This document shows, one piece after another, positions 1 through 10,301 of a stretch of 61,482 nucleotides of DNA. This stretch comes from Candidatus Aenigmatarchaeota archaeon (lineage in GTDB: Archaea; Aenigmatarchaeota; Aenigmatarchaeia; CG10238-14; SCSR01), in the NCBI GenBank assembly GCA_014238095.1, contig JABABT010000017.1, positions 1 to 61,482 of the forward strand, written 5' to 3'. The stretch's first letter is position 1. Each line of letters starts with the position of its first letter. The notes under the pieces are model-generated. The model was given only the letters and a program-made list of their open reading frames with translations, had not been told where the DNA came from and did not search any database. The translations under genes and the position numbers were made by a program.

Positions 1-182
1 ACTTAAATTTATCCATGGAAGTGTTATTTTTTTCTTTGAATTTATATTTTTTCCAATATATAATAAAAATATAGAAATAAAAATAAATAATATAAAAACA
101 AACAAATTAACAATAGAAAATAACGTTTCTGATTGTTGTTCTAACATAATATTTTTTTAAATATTTAAACAATTAAAGATTA

Positions 183-887
183 CTATTCATTATCAATTGA
201 TAAACCTTCATTATTCATTTTTATAGAGAAAATATTTGTACTATGATTAGTTCTTCTCATTTTCCTTATCATCAAATTTCTTGGAGAACCACTTAATCCA
301 TATTCTAAATAATGAAGTACAATAACACCATCTACAATAAATTCTTCAAAACCAAACATACTAACTTTATTTTTCTCATTTTCAGGTATTTCTGAAATTA
401 AAAGACTAGTAACTCCAAATCCTTCAATAGATTTTATATAACTATAAATTTCACTCCTTATTTTACCAATATCCATAGAAGACATTTTCCAACCAAATCC
501 AGCTATTGTTAAACTATCTAATACAAGTCTTGATGCTTTTATTTTTGTAATTTCATTAAATGTTATATCTTCTAATTCTTTCAAATTAGATGGATTAACA
601 TAAATAATTATTAATTTACCGGAATTATAATATTTTTTAAATTCTTCTCCCCAATTAAATTGTTCCATATCTTTTAATATTTCTTCAGTTTTTTGTTCAA
701 GAGATAAATATACACAAGTTTCTTCATTTCTTAAACCTTCTAATAAAAATTGTGAAGAAAATATAGATTTTCCAGTTCCTGTTTGACCAGCAATTAAACA
801 TGTAGATCCTTTGAAAAATCCTCCTTCAATTAAAACATCAAGATTTGGTATACCAGAAGAAATTCTATTTGATATTTTATTTGACAT
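183..887 (-). CDS. KaiC/RAD55-like RecA-superfamily ATPase (single domain)
   Basis: SSGIPNLD N-terminus, Walker A GQTGTGKS, Walker B LVLDS, EEFIVDGVIVL and IRKMRRTNH motifs. Confidence 0.9.
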   Translation of the reverse strand: MSNKISNRISSGIPNLDVLIEGGFFKGSTCLIAGQTGTGKSIFSSQFLLEGLRNEETCVYLSLEQKTEEILKDMEQFNWGEEFKKYYNSGKLIIIYVNPSNLKELEDITFNEITKIKASRLVLDSLTIAGFGWKMSSMDIGKIRSEIYSYIKSIEGFGVTSLLISEIPENEKNKVSMFGFEEFIVDGVIVLHYLEYGLSGSPRNLMIRKMRRTNHSTNIFSIKMNNEGLSIDNE

Positions 888-929
888 TAATATAATTTAA
901 TTATATTACTTAAAACATTATCTAAAATA

Positions 930-1418
930 TTAACAATTTAAATTATATAATACTGATTCACATAAAACATTCTCTACATTTTTTTCTGTAATATTATTAA
1001 TAATTACGATTTGATTTGGATATGTTGTAGCATTTAAAAATTTACTAGATATCTGAAATTTAGAATATTTACTAGATCCAGATTTTATTTGTTCTAATAT
1101 TATTTGATTAATTTGAATATTTGTTTGTTTTTGAAATTTTTCAGAAAAAATAATATTTTTTAAAATTCTTTTTTCATCTTCACATATAATACATTTTTCT
1201 CCATATTCATAAGTCATAATAGTTATTCCATTATTTATCAATTCTTGATATTCTAATGTTGAAAGAGTATAATTAATTATAGGATTTATATTTATTGAGT
1301 GTGATACTGTATTTGGAGTTGAAACAAAAAAAGACTGTCCTACAGCAAAACCTATTGTTGAGAAAAACATTAAACCTATTAAAATTACTCCAACTTGTTT
1401 TTTTAATGCGCTTCTCAT
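930..1418 (-). CDS. Hypothetical membrane-anchored/secreted protein with CxxC (thioredoxin-like?)
   Basis: N-terminal hydrophobic helix, CIIC motif, C-terminal Cys pair. Confidence 0.6.
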   Translation of the reverse strand: MRSALKKQVGVILIGLMFFSTIGFAVGQSFFVSTPNTVSHSININPIINYTLSTLEYQELINNGITIMTYEYGEKCIICEDEKRILKNIIFSEKFQKQTNIQINQIILEQIKSGSSKYSKFQISSKFLNATTYPNQIVIINNITEKNVENVLCESVLYNLNC

Positions 1419-1521
1419 AATAATGATTATATTTTGTTATATATATTTTAATATTTATATATTAATTTAAAAAATAATATATTTTTTAACATATTAAAAT
1501 AAATGAAAAATTATATATAAT

Positions 1522-4335
1522 TTATTCTAAAAATATAACTGGTTTATTTATATCAGCATTTTTTGCTTTTAATATTTTTGAATTTTCTGATTCTTCAATT
1601 TGAAGTTTAATTGATAATTTATTTTCAATAAATTCCTTAGAATCATTAATAATTTTAATTTGATTTTTTCTTTTCAAAAAATATTCTAATAAATTATTAT
1701 TTTTTTGTAAATATTGAATATATTTTACAACATCATTATTTTTTATATTAGATTTCTTTAATATTGTTTTGAAATTTTTATTTTTATTTTCTAAAAATAT
1801 TTTGAATACATAAAATTTCCATTTTGGAGCTATAATTATAAAAGCTTTTTTTGGTTTTATTCCAGAAATTTTTTCTATTTGATTAATATCATTTATTATT
1901 TTTGTAATAAATTTTTCTCCAAATTCTACTTCCTTGTTTATTTTATCTTCATCTGGTTTAGGCCATTTTTCTAAAGAAATAAAACCTTTTTGTTTTAATT
2001 TTTGCCATAATTCTTCTGATAAATGAGGCATTATTGGAGTATTAATTTTTATAATATTATGAAGAACTTCTTTTAAAATTTTTCCATTACATTTTTTAAT
2101 TCCTCCACATCTCTCAATATATAATTTTAAATCATTTATTGATTGGAAAAATCCATATTTAATTGCAGATCTAAATTTTGTATTTTCAAATGCTCTTGTT
2201 GTATTATCAATAATAATTTGATTTCTACTCAATAGAAACTTATCAAAATCATTTATTTCTTTTCTTTTTGCTAATTTAATATTTGAAATTGTTTTCATTA
2301 AAAAAATCATTCTAGAATTAAATGAATCAATAACATCATATTTCCAATTTGCATCATCCATATTTTCATTTGAACTTACTAAATTTAATCTTAATATATC
2401 AGCTCCATATTTATCAAATATTTCATTTAGTTTTATTACATTACAAAGTCTTTTAGACATTTTTAATCCATTTAAATTAACATAACCGTTAACTGCAATA
2501 GATTTAGGCCATTTATTTTTTTCCCATATTGCAACATGATGAAAAAGATAAAATGTTAGATGATTTTGTATAAGATCTTTACCTGAAAATCTTATATCAA
2601 CTGGATAAAAATATTCAAATTCTTCTCTCATTTTATTAAGAATTTTTTCTTTTATTTTAAGATTTTTTCCTATTCCTTTATGTAAAAATACATAATCAAA
2701 AATTTTATCATCTAAATCATTTTCAGATATTTTATTTTCCTTAATTATATGAGAAATTGTATAATAAGCCATATATATTACAGAGTCACTTAAAGTTTCA
2801 ACAATCCAATTTTGATCCCAGGGCAATTTTGCACCCATTCCAGATTTTCTAACACATGCTTTATCCTTTAACCAGTCTACTGTATTAATAAATTGAGTTC
2901 TTACAGAATCTGGATAAAATTCCATTAATGAAATTGCTTCTTTTACTCTTTTTTTCCATATTGGTGATGAAAATTTTAAAAACCATTGATTTTCTAATAT
3001 TTTTACATAACATCTTGTATTACATCTACAAACTACATCATTCATAATTTCATAAAATAATGTTGCGAATCCATCTTCTAAAAAATCTTTTTGTATTTTT
3101 TCTTTTACTTCAGAAACTTTCATTTTGGAAAATTTTCTACAATTAATTAATATACCTGTATGAAATTCTTTCTTATAAATTAAGTTTGTAATTTCATCTA
3201 ATTTTGCTTTTTCTGATTGATTTGATATTTTCATTTTTTTTACATAATCAATAGCTGGAATTTTTCCTAATTCTGATTTAATTACTGAAATTGGAATTAT
3301 ATTATTTAATATTGATTTTAAATTAAATTTAGAAAATTCTTTTCCATTTTTTAAATTAGATAACCCAACATAGTCAAAAGGTGCATGAGCTGGTACTGAC
3401 ATAACAACTCCTGTTGCTTTTTTTATATCTACAAAATTTGATGGTAATATAGGTATTTTTTTTGATGTTACTGGATTTCTAACATTTTTTCCTATATAAT
3501 TTTCAATATTAACATTACAAATTATTTCAACTTTATGAAGTTGTTCACTAATTTTTTCTACAGCATCTTTTGAAATTATCCATTTTTGATCTTCTATTTT
3601 TGCTTTAACATATTCAGAATTTGGATTTATCCAAATATTTGTTACACCATAAACAGTTTCTGGTCTTAATGTTGCACATGGCATTACTTCACCATTATCT
3701 AGTTCAAATTTTATAACAATAAATTCTGTTGGACTTTCACCCTCACCAATTAATCTATCATGATCTCCTGTTGGAGATTGATCATTAGGACACCAAATTA
3801 CTGGATGTGTACCCTGTACAACATAACCAGAATTTTTCAACATTCTATATTGCCATTGTATAAATTTATTATAATTAGAGTCTATTGCTGTTATAAATGT
3901 ACGTCTCCAATCAACAGAATAACCTATTTTTTTAACAATATCAATCCATTTATTTTTCCAATATTCTGCTACAAATTCAGGTCCTTTTATTTCAAATTCT
4001 TTTATATCAACATCATTCATACCTAATAATTTTAAAATTTCTTTTTGTTCTAAATCTCCTTTTTTTAACCTATCAACTACTCCAACTATTGGTTCTCCAG
4101 TAGCATGAAATCCTTGTGGAAATAAAACATTATAACCTTTCATTCTAACAAATCTAGCATATACATCTCCTCTAAGAAAACTATAAGCATGTCCTAAATG
4201 GGGTGGTCCGTTTACATATGGATAAGGAACTGTAATAAAAAATTTTTCTTTCTTTTTATCTATATTTACTTCAAATATTTTCTCTTTTTCCCATTTCTTT
4301 TGCCATTTTTCTTCAATTTTTTTAAAATCTATCAC
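1522..4335 (-). CDS. leuS: Leucyl-tRNA synthetase (archaeal type), GTG start
   Basis: PYPYVNGPPHLGH (HIGH), ATLRPET editing domain, GKDLIQNHL, KMSKR(LCN). Confidence 0.96.
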   Translation of the reverse strand: MIDFKKIEEKWQKKWEKEKIFEVNIDKKKEKFFITVPYPYVNGPPHLGHAYSFLRGDVYARFVRMKGYNVLFPQGFHATGEPIVGVVDRLKKGDLEQKEILKLLGMNDVDIKEFEIKGPEFVAEYWKNKWIDIVKKIGYSVDWRRTFITAIDSNYNKFIQWQYRMLKNSGYVVQGTHPVIWCPNDQSPTGDHDRLIGEGESPTEFIVIKFELDNGEVMPCATLRPETVYGVTNIWINPNSEYVKAKIEDQKWIISKDAVEKISEQLHKVEIICNVNIENYIGKNVRNPVTSKKIPILPSNFVDIKKATGVVMSVPAHAPFDYVGLSNLKNGKEFSKFNLKSILNNIIPISVIKSELGKIPAIDYVKKMKISNQSEKAKLDEITNLIYKKEFHTGILINCRKFSKMKVSEVKEKIQKDFLEDGFATLFYEIMNDVVCRCNTRCYVKILENQWFLKFSSPIWKKRVKEAISLMEFYPDSVRTQFINTVDWLKDKACVRKSGMGAKLPWDQNWIVETLSDSVIYMAYYTISHIIKENKISENDLDDKIFDYVFLHKGIGKNLKIKEKILNKMREEFEYFYPVDIRFSGKDLIQNHLTFYLFHHVAIWEKNKWPKSIAVNGYVNLNGLKMSKRLCNVIKLNEIFDKYGADILRLNLVSSNENMDDANWKYDVIDSFNSRMIFLMKTISNIKLAKRKEINDFDKFLLSRNQIIIDNTTRAFENTKFRSAIKYGFFQSINDLKLYIERCGGIKKCNGKILKEVLHNIIKINTPIMPHLSEELWQKLKQKGFISLEKWPKPDEDKINKEVEFGEKFITKIINDINQIEKISGIKPKKAFIIIAPKWKFYVFKIFLENKNKNFKTILKKSNIKNNDVVKYIQYLQKNNNLLEYFLKRKNQIKIINDSKEFIENKLSIKLQIEESENSKILKAKNADINKPVIFLE

Positions 4336-4429
4336 AAATAATATTTATTTTCTAATTATAAGAATTTCGTTTATTATTGAATTATTATGTTTTGATAAAT
4401 AATATTTAATCTTAAAACAAAATAAATAT

Positions 4430-5638
4430 ATGAAATTTAAACCACCAAAAGGTACAAGAGATTTATTAGAAAAAGATGCAGAAAAAATGAAAAGAATTCA
4501 AGAAATAGTGTCAAAAATATTTGAAATATATGGTTTTGGTCCAATGTTTACACCATCTATTGAGAATTATAATTTATTATCTTCAAAAAATGTTGGTGAT
4601 TCTATTAAAGATGATATTTACTATTTTAAAGATAAAAGTAATAGAGAAATTGGTTTACATTTTGATTTAACCATACCTTTAGCAAGAATAATAGCATCAA
4701 ACCCTTCAATACCAAAACCTTTTAAAAGATATTCTATTGATAAAGTTTGGAGATATGATAATCCACAATCAATGAGATGGAGAGAATTTTGGCAAGCTGA
4801 TATAGATATAATTGGTTCTAATTCTATTTTGTCTGAAGCCGAATTAATTTCTGTTATTTGTAAATGTTTGGACGAACTTGGAATCAATGATTATTATATT
4901 AGATTAAATAATAGAAAATATCTTGATAAAATAATTGGAAAATGTGTAGATTATAATAAAATTAAAAATGTTTACAGAATTATAGATAAACTTGATAAAA
5001 TTGGTAAAGATAAAGTTATTTCTGAATTAAGTAAAATAAAATGTGATAAAAAAGAAATTATTGAATTATTAGATGGAATTAAAATTGAAGATGGAGATAT
5101 TTCATTATTAATTAATTATTTAGAATATTTTGGATACTCTGATAAAATTAAAATAGATACTTCACTTGTTCGTGGACTTGATTATTATACAGGTTTAATA
5201 TTTGAAGTTTCTATTGATGGTAAAATTTCTTGTGGTGGTGGTGGAAGATATGATAATTTAATTTCTGATATTGGTGGAGATAATGTATCTGGTGTTGGTA
5301 TATCTTTAGGACTGGATAGAATTTTAGAAATTTTAAATAAAAATGGGATTCAATTAAACTCAAAAGATAAATTTTTAATTGTTAATGTTGATGAAAATTC
5401 TAAAAAAGAAAGTATAAAAATAGTTCAAAAACTTCGTAATTCTGGTCTACATTGTCAATTTAATTTAAATAATAAATCTTTAAGTAATCAATTAGAATAT
5501 GCTAATTCTCAAAATATAAGATATGTATTAATTATTGGAGATAAAGAAATAAAAATGAAGAGATTTCAATTACGTGATATGAAATTAAATGAACAAAAAG
5601 ATTTTAATATAGATTCCATAATCAGTAAATTTAGTTAA
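4430..5638 (+). CDS. hisS: Histidyl-tRNA synthetase
   Basis: PKGTRD, REFWQADIDIIG, LVRGLDYYTG, GGGRYDNL. Confidence 0.96.
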   Translation: MKFKPPKGTRDLLEKDAEKMKRIQEIVSKIFEIYGFGPMFTPSIENYNLLSSKNVGDSIKDDIYYFKDKSNREIGLHFDLTIPLARIIASNPSIPKPFKRYSIDKVWRYDNPQSMRWREFWQADIDIIGSNSILSEAELISVICKCLDELGINDYYIRLNNRKYLDKIIGKCVDYNKIKNVYRIIDKLDKIGKDKVISELSKIKCDKKEIIELLDGIKIEDGDISLLINYLEYFGYSDKIKIDTSLVRGLDYYTGLIFEVSIDGKISCGGGGRYDNLISDIGGDNVSGVGISLGLDRILEILNKNGIQLNSKDKFLIVNVDENSKKESIKIVQKLRNSGLHCQFNLNNKSLSNQLEYANSQNIRYVLIIGDKEIKMKRFQLRDMKLNEQKDFNIDSIISKFS

Positions 5639-5754
5639 AACATTTCTTCTGGTATATCTATATCTTCTCCAATTATATTTCCACATTCTATACATTGAAA
5701 AATATCTTTTTTTGATTGTATTTCTCCTAAACATTTTTCACATTTTAAATCCAT
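5635..5754 (-). CDS. 39-aa C4 zinc-ribbon microprotein (TFIIB-Zn-ribbon-like), not in ORF track
   Basis: Manual translation MDLKCEKCLGEIQSKKDIFQCIECGNIIGEDIDIPEEMF*; CxxC-x12-CxxCG; stop overlaps hisS stop. Confidence 0.7.
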   Translation of the reverse strand: MDLKCEKCLGEIQSKKDIFQCIECGNIIGEDIDIPEEMF

Positions 5755-5900
5755 ATTTTTTTTTATAATATTATACTTAAATATTTTTTGTATTTTTATA
5801 ATATATATAATAATTCATATTAATTTTAAATAAATATTAAATTTAAGGAGAAAAATAACTTATTAAACTAAAATACTATATTTTATTCTGAGAAGATAAT

Positions 5901-7715
5901 ATGATAAATAAAAAAATAGTTTGTGATACATCAATAATTATTGATGGTAAAATAACACAATTAATTGAAAAAAAGAAATTGGAAAATACAGATATAATTA
6001 TCCCAATGGCAGTTTTAGATGAATTACAATCACAAGCATCTAAAGGAAGAGAACCTGGATTTGTTGGTTTAGAAGAATTAAAAAAAATTAGAGAGCTTTC
6101 TAAAAGAAGAAAAATAAAGATAAAATTTATTGGGAAAAGACCAACAATGGATGATATTAAGTTAGCAAGATCTGGAAGAATGGATGCATTAATTAGAGAT
6201 ACAGCAAAAAATTCAAATTCTATACTTTACACAGCCGATTATGTTCAAGCTTTAGTAGGAGATGTTGAAGGAATTGAAGTTAATTATATACCAAATCCAG
6301 CAAAAACTGAAAATTTAGATTTTGAAAAATTTTTTGATGAAGAAACATTATCAATTCATTTAAAAGTAAATGTACAACCATTAGCAAAAAAAGGTAAACC
6401 TGGAAAATTTAAATTAGAAAAATTATCAAAAAATATAATAACAGAAGAGCAAATAGAAAATATAATTAGAGAAATAACTGAAGCTGTTAGAAGAAATAAA
6501 GAAGGTAATTTAGAAATTGTAAGGAATGGAGTTATGATAATTCAATTAGGTAAATATAGAATAGCAATAGCAAGACCTCCATTCGCAGATAATTTAGAAG
6601 TAACAGTTGTAAGACCCACTGTTAAATTAAAATTAAGTGATTATAAACTATCTAAAAAATTAATGGAAAGATTAGGTAAAAGTGCAGAAGGAATTTTAAT
6701 TGCTGGTGCACCTGGTTCTGGAAAATCTACTTTAGCAAGTTCATTAGCTGAATTTTATATGAAATCAGGTAAAATAGTTAAAACATTAGAATCTCCTAAA
6801 GATTTACAAGTACCTCCTGAAGTAACACAATATGGAACTATAGATGGTGATTTTTCAAAAACAGCAGATATTTTATTATTAGTAAGGCCAGATTATTCAA
6901 TTTATGATGAAATAAGAAAAACGAAAGATTTTGAAATATTTAGTGATTTAAGATTAGCTGGAATTGGTATGATTGGTGTTGTACATTCAAGTAAAGCAAT
7001 AGACTCTATACAAAGATTTTTAAGAAGAGTTGAATTAGGATTAATACCTCATATAGTCGACACGGTTATTTTTGTAAAAGATGGAAAAATAGATACAGTA
7101 CTTAAATTATCATTAACAGTAAAAGTTCCACATAAAATGATAGAATCAGATTTAGCAAGACCATTAATTGAAGTTAAAGATTTTGAAACTGAAAAAATAT
7201 TATATGAAATTTATACATATGGTGAAGAAAATATAATTTTACCAATTGAATATGAAGAAAATGAATTAAAAGGTATACAAAAACTTGCAATTAAGAAAAT
7301 ATTAGAAGAAATAAAATATTATGATTCGGAAGCAGAAGTAGAAATAATATCAGATAACAAAATAAAAATAAAAGTTGATAATGAAAAAATAGGTAAAATT
7401 ATTGGAAAAGAAGGAATTATAATTAATTCAATTGAAAAAAAACTTGGATTAAAAATAAATATTGAAGCTAAAATATCTTCTATTGGAAAAAATATTCAAT
7501 ATGAAATGAAAGAAATAGGTAATAGTATAGAGTTTATTTTTAATAAAAAATTTATAGGAGGTAAAATTGGAATTTATATTAATGATATTTTCTTACTATC
7601 TGGAATAATTGGTAAGAAAAATAATATTAAAATAATTAAAAATTCTGAACTTGGTGTAAAATTATTAAATGCTTTAATTACTAAGAAAAAAATTAATATA
7701 ATAATTACAAATTAA
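5901..7715 (+). CDS. PINA-type PIN-domain/ATPase/KH protein (Holliday-junction branch-migration ATPase family)
   Basis: N-terminal PIN (VCDTSIIIDG), Walker A GAPGSGKS, RPDYSIYDEIR, LAGIGMIGVVH, C-terminal KH (GKIIGKEG). Confidence 0.9.
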   Translation: MINKKIVCDTSIIIDGKITQLIEKKKLENTDIIIPMAVLDELQSQASKGREPGFVGLEELKKIRELSKRRKIKIKFIGKRPTMDDIKLARSGRMDALIRDTAKNSNSILYTADYVQALVGDVEGIEVNYIPNPAKTENLDFEKFFDEETLSIHLKVNVQPLAKKGKPGKFKLEKLSKNIITEEQIENIIREITEAVRRNKEGNLEIVRNGVMIIQLGKYRIAIARPPFADNLEVTVVRPTVKLKLSDYKLSKKLMERLGKSAEGILIAGAPGSGKSTLASSLAEFYMKSGKIVKTLESPKDLQVPPEVTQYGTIDGDFSKTADILLLVRPDYSIYDEIRKTKDFEIFSDLRLAGIGMIGVVHSSKAIDSIQRFLRRVELGLIPHIVDTVIFVKDGKIDTVLKLSLTVKVPHKMIESDLARPLIEVKDFETEKILYEIYTYGEENIILPIEYEENELKGIQKLAIKKILEEIKYYDSEAEVEIISDNKIKIKVDNEKIGKIIGKEGIIINSIEKKLGLKINIEAKISSIGKNIQYEMKEIGNSIEFIFNKKFIGGKIGIYINDIFLLSGIIGKKNNIKIIKNSELGVKLLNALITKKKINIIITN

Positions 7716-7722
7716 TTATTAA

Positions 7723-8793
7723 TTAAATAAAAATATTTATCAAATCCATATCAATTTTATTTAGAAATCTTGAAAATATTTTTCCTATTTTAAATAATTT
7801 ATTTATTAAAAAATTTCTAGATGATAAAATTTTACTTAAAAATAATCCACGTTTTATTGCATTACCAATTTTTTTCTTCCAAACTTTATCATAATTATCA
7901 AAAAAGAACTTATAATCAAATTTTTCCTCTTTCAATGATTTAATAGCAGCATTTGCACAAATTTTAGCTGATATTAAACTAAAAATTATTCCACCACCTG
8001 AATATGGTTTTACTTGACATGCTGCATCTCCAACTACCATAACTCTTTCAGAACTAGTTTTTTCCATAATACCAAATCTAATTATTCCACCAACATTTGG
8101 TTTTTCAAATTTTCCAATCCTTTTCTTTAAAAAATCTTCATAATAATTTCCAGATTTTCTATACGTAGCTAAACCTATTCTTGCAATATTTTTATTTTCT
8201 GGAACAACCCAAGCAAAAAAATTTGGAGAAATTTTAGAACCAAACCATAATTCAATATTATCAAATTTACCTAATGTTGTTGTTTGAACACCTATTAAAT
8301 ATTTTTCTGGATATTTTAAACCAGCTGATTTTCCAACTGAAGAAGAAGCTCCATCTGCTCCTATTAATATTTTTGTTTTGTAAACATTTTTATTAGTAAA
8401 AACTTTAACATATTCTTCCATTAATTTATAAGAAATAAATTTTTCTCCATTTTTTATTTTTATACCTGATTCTTTTGCCATATTGTAAATATATTTATCT
8501 AAACCTGGTCTATCAATAACATAAACCGGATTTTTTGATTTTAAAATAAAATTAGTACCATCTGGAGAATTAAAACTTGCTTTATTTATAGTATTAATTA
8601 TTATTTTTTTTGGTAAAAATGGTAAATATTTTTTAATTCTCCAACTAACTAAACCTGTACATTTACAAGGATATCCTATATTTTTATTATCTTCAATAAG
8701 TAATATATTTTTAGTATAATTTGAAATTAATTGCGCTGTTCTACTACCAGATAAAGCACCACCCACAATTAATACATCAAATATATCATTCAT
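7723..8793 (-). CDS. Geranylgeranyl-reductase family FAD-dependent oxidoreductase
   Basis: DVLIVGG FAD-binding start, IGADGASS, FAWVVP, VGDAACQVKPYSGGGI. Confidence 0.85.
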   Translation of the reverse strand: MNDIFDVLIVGGALSGSRTAQLISNYTKNILLIEDNKNIGYPCKCTGLVSWRIKKYLPFLPKKIIINTINKASFNSPDGTNFILKSKNPVYVIDRPGLDKYIYNMAKESGIKIKNGEKFISYKLMEEYVKVFTNKNVYKTKILIGADGASSSVGKSAGLKYPEKYLIGVQTTTLGKFDNIELWFGSKISPNFFAWVVPENKNIARIGLATYRKSGNYYEDFLKKRIGKFEKPNVGGIIRFGIMEKTSSERVMVVGDAACQVKPYSGGGIIFSLISAKICANAAIKSLKEEKFDYKFFFDNYDKVWKKKIGNAIKRGLFLSKILSSRNFLINKLFKIGKIFSRFLNKIDMDLINIFI

Positions 8794-9464
8794 ATACCAA
8801 AATTCCTTTTAATTTTACTAAAAAAAACAATTGCTTTTTTAAATTCTCTTTTATTAAATTCTGGAAATAATTTCTTTGATATGAATATTTCTGAATAAGA
8901 TGCATTCCATAACATAAAATTTGACAATCTTGAATATCCACCAGTTCTTATTATTAAATCTAATGGTTTATCTATTAACATATTTTTATCAATATTTTTC
9001 TTAATTAATTTCTTTTTTAATTTTATTAATTTATTAACAACATTAATTATTTCTTCTTTACTATCATAATCTAATAATAAATTTACTTTCATTCCATTAT
9101 TATTATTTGTTTTATTTTCAATTTTTTTCATTTGATTAAGTAAAGATTTTGAAAGTGATTTTCTATTACCAAAAAAATTTACTTTTATATTTTTATTTTC
9201 AAAATATTTTTCCTTTAATTCTTCTTTTAATATTCTTTCAAGTTGATTCAACATAAATATAATATCTGTTCTTTTTTTAAAATTTTCAGTTGAAATTAAA
9301 TATATTGAAACCATTCCTATATTATAATCTATACAAAAATTAATAAAATTTCTTACTTTTTTCCATCCATAATTTATTGTATATAATTTACTATATTTAT
9401 TTTTTTTTGTAAATCTTCTATTTCCGTCTGGAATTAATCCAATATGATATGGTATTTTACTCAT
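8790..9464 (-). CDS. uppS: cis-prenyltransferase (polyprenyl diphosphate synthase)
   Basis: HIGLIPDGNRR, STENFKK, DLIIRTGG..RLSNFMLW, RNFG C-terminus. Confidence 0.93.
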   Translation of the reverse strand: MSKIPYHIGLIPDGNRRFTKKNKYSKLYTINYGWKKVRNFINFCIDYNIGMVSIYLISTENFKKRTDIIFMLNQLERILKEELKEKYFENKNIKVNFFGNRKSLSKSLLNQMKKIENKTNNNNGMKVNLLLDYDSKEEIINVVNKLIKLKKKLIKKNIDKNMLIDKPLDLIIRTGGYSRLSNFMLWNASYSEIFISKKLFPEFNKREFKKAIVFFSKIKRNFGI

Positions 9465-9465
9465 T

Positions 9466-10194
9466 TTATTTAACCTTTATTAATTTTGCTTTAGTTAAAG
9501 GAATTAATTTACGATTAGAAATATAAAAACTGTTTTCTATTCTACAACCACCAATATTTTTTACATAAACTCCAGGTTCTATTGTAAATGCCATATTAGA
9601 AACAAAATATATTTTTTTTATTTTTTCCCATTTTTTTAAATTTTTTCCAGTTAAATTATTTCGAGGCATTCCTATTATTGGTCTTTCATGAATTCTTAAT
9701 CCTATACCATGTCCTAAACTATGTCCCATATATAATTTTTTAGATAATATTATATCATCAGTAAATTTATGTAAAATATAACATGGTAATCCATATTTCC
9801 ATTTCTTAATAATTTTATAATAAAGAGAATTAACAAAATCAACAATTTTCTTGGTTTTATTATTAACTTTTCCTTTTATGAAAGGTATAGTTAAATCTAC
9901 TTTATACCCTTTATAACTAGCTCCAAAATCAACATATCCTATACCATTAATTTTTTCAGAAGTAACTGTTGGTTTAGGATGTATCATAGAAGATCTAATA
10001 CCAGAAGCCACTAATGTTCTAAATGATAATTTTCCACCTTTTTTATATATATTTTCTTTAATTCTTTTTGAAATTTCTTTTTCTGTAATTCCTTCCTCTT
10101 TCAAAGATTTATGAATAATAGGTATACATGAATTAGATATTGATGCTGCTTTTTTCAACATTTTAATCTCATAAGATTTCTTAATAATTCCCAT
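9466..10194 (-). CDS. M24 family (Xaa-Pro) metallopeptidase, catalytic domain only
   Basis: DFGASYKGYKVDLT, GHSLGHGIGLRIHE, IEPGVY, GCRIEN; ATG at 10194 preferred over TTG at 10224. Confidence 0.85.
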   Translation of the reverse strand: MGIIKKSYEIKMLKKAASISNSCIPIIHKSLKEEGITEKEISKRIKENIYKKGGKLSFRTLVASGIRSSMIHPKPTVTSEKINGIGYVDFGASYKGYKVDLTIPFIKGKVNNKTKKIVDFVNSLYYKIIKKWKYGLPCYILHKFTDDIILSKKLYMGHSLGHGIGLRIHERPIIGMPRNNLTGKNLKKWEKIKKIYFVSNMAFTIEPGVYVKNIGGCRIENSFYISNRKLIPLTKAKLIKVK

Positions 10195-10301
10195 ATATGA
10201 TCTCTCTTTTATTATAATTATCAAATATTATATTTAAAATATTCTAATTTACAAAATAATTAATAAATTGTTTTAAATAATACTCATTACTAATTAAATA
10301 T

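Noticed and set aside
183..887. Circadian KaiC clock
   Set aside because: Single-domain KaiC-like ATPases are common in archaea; no kaiA/kaiB or duplicated domain
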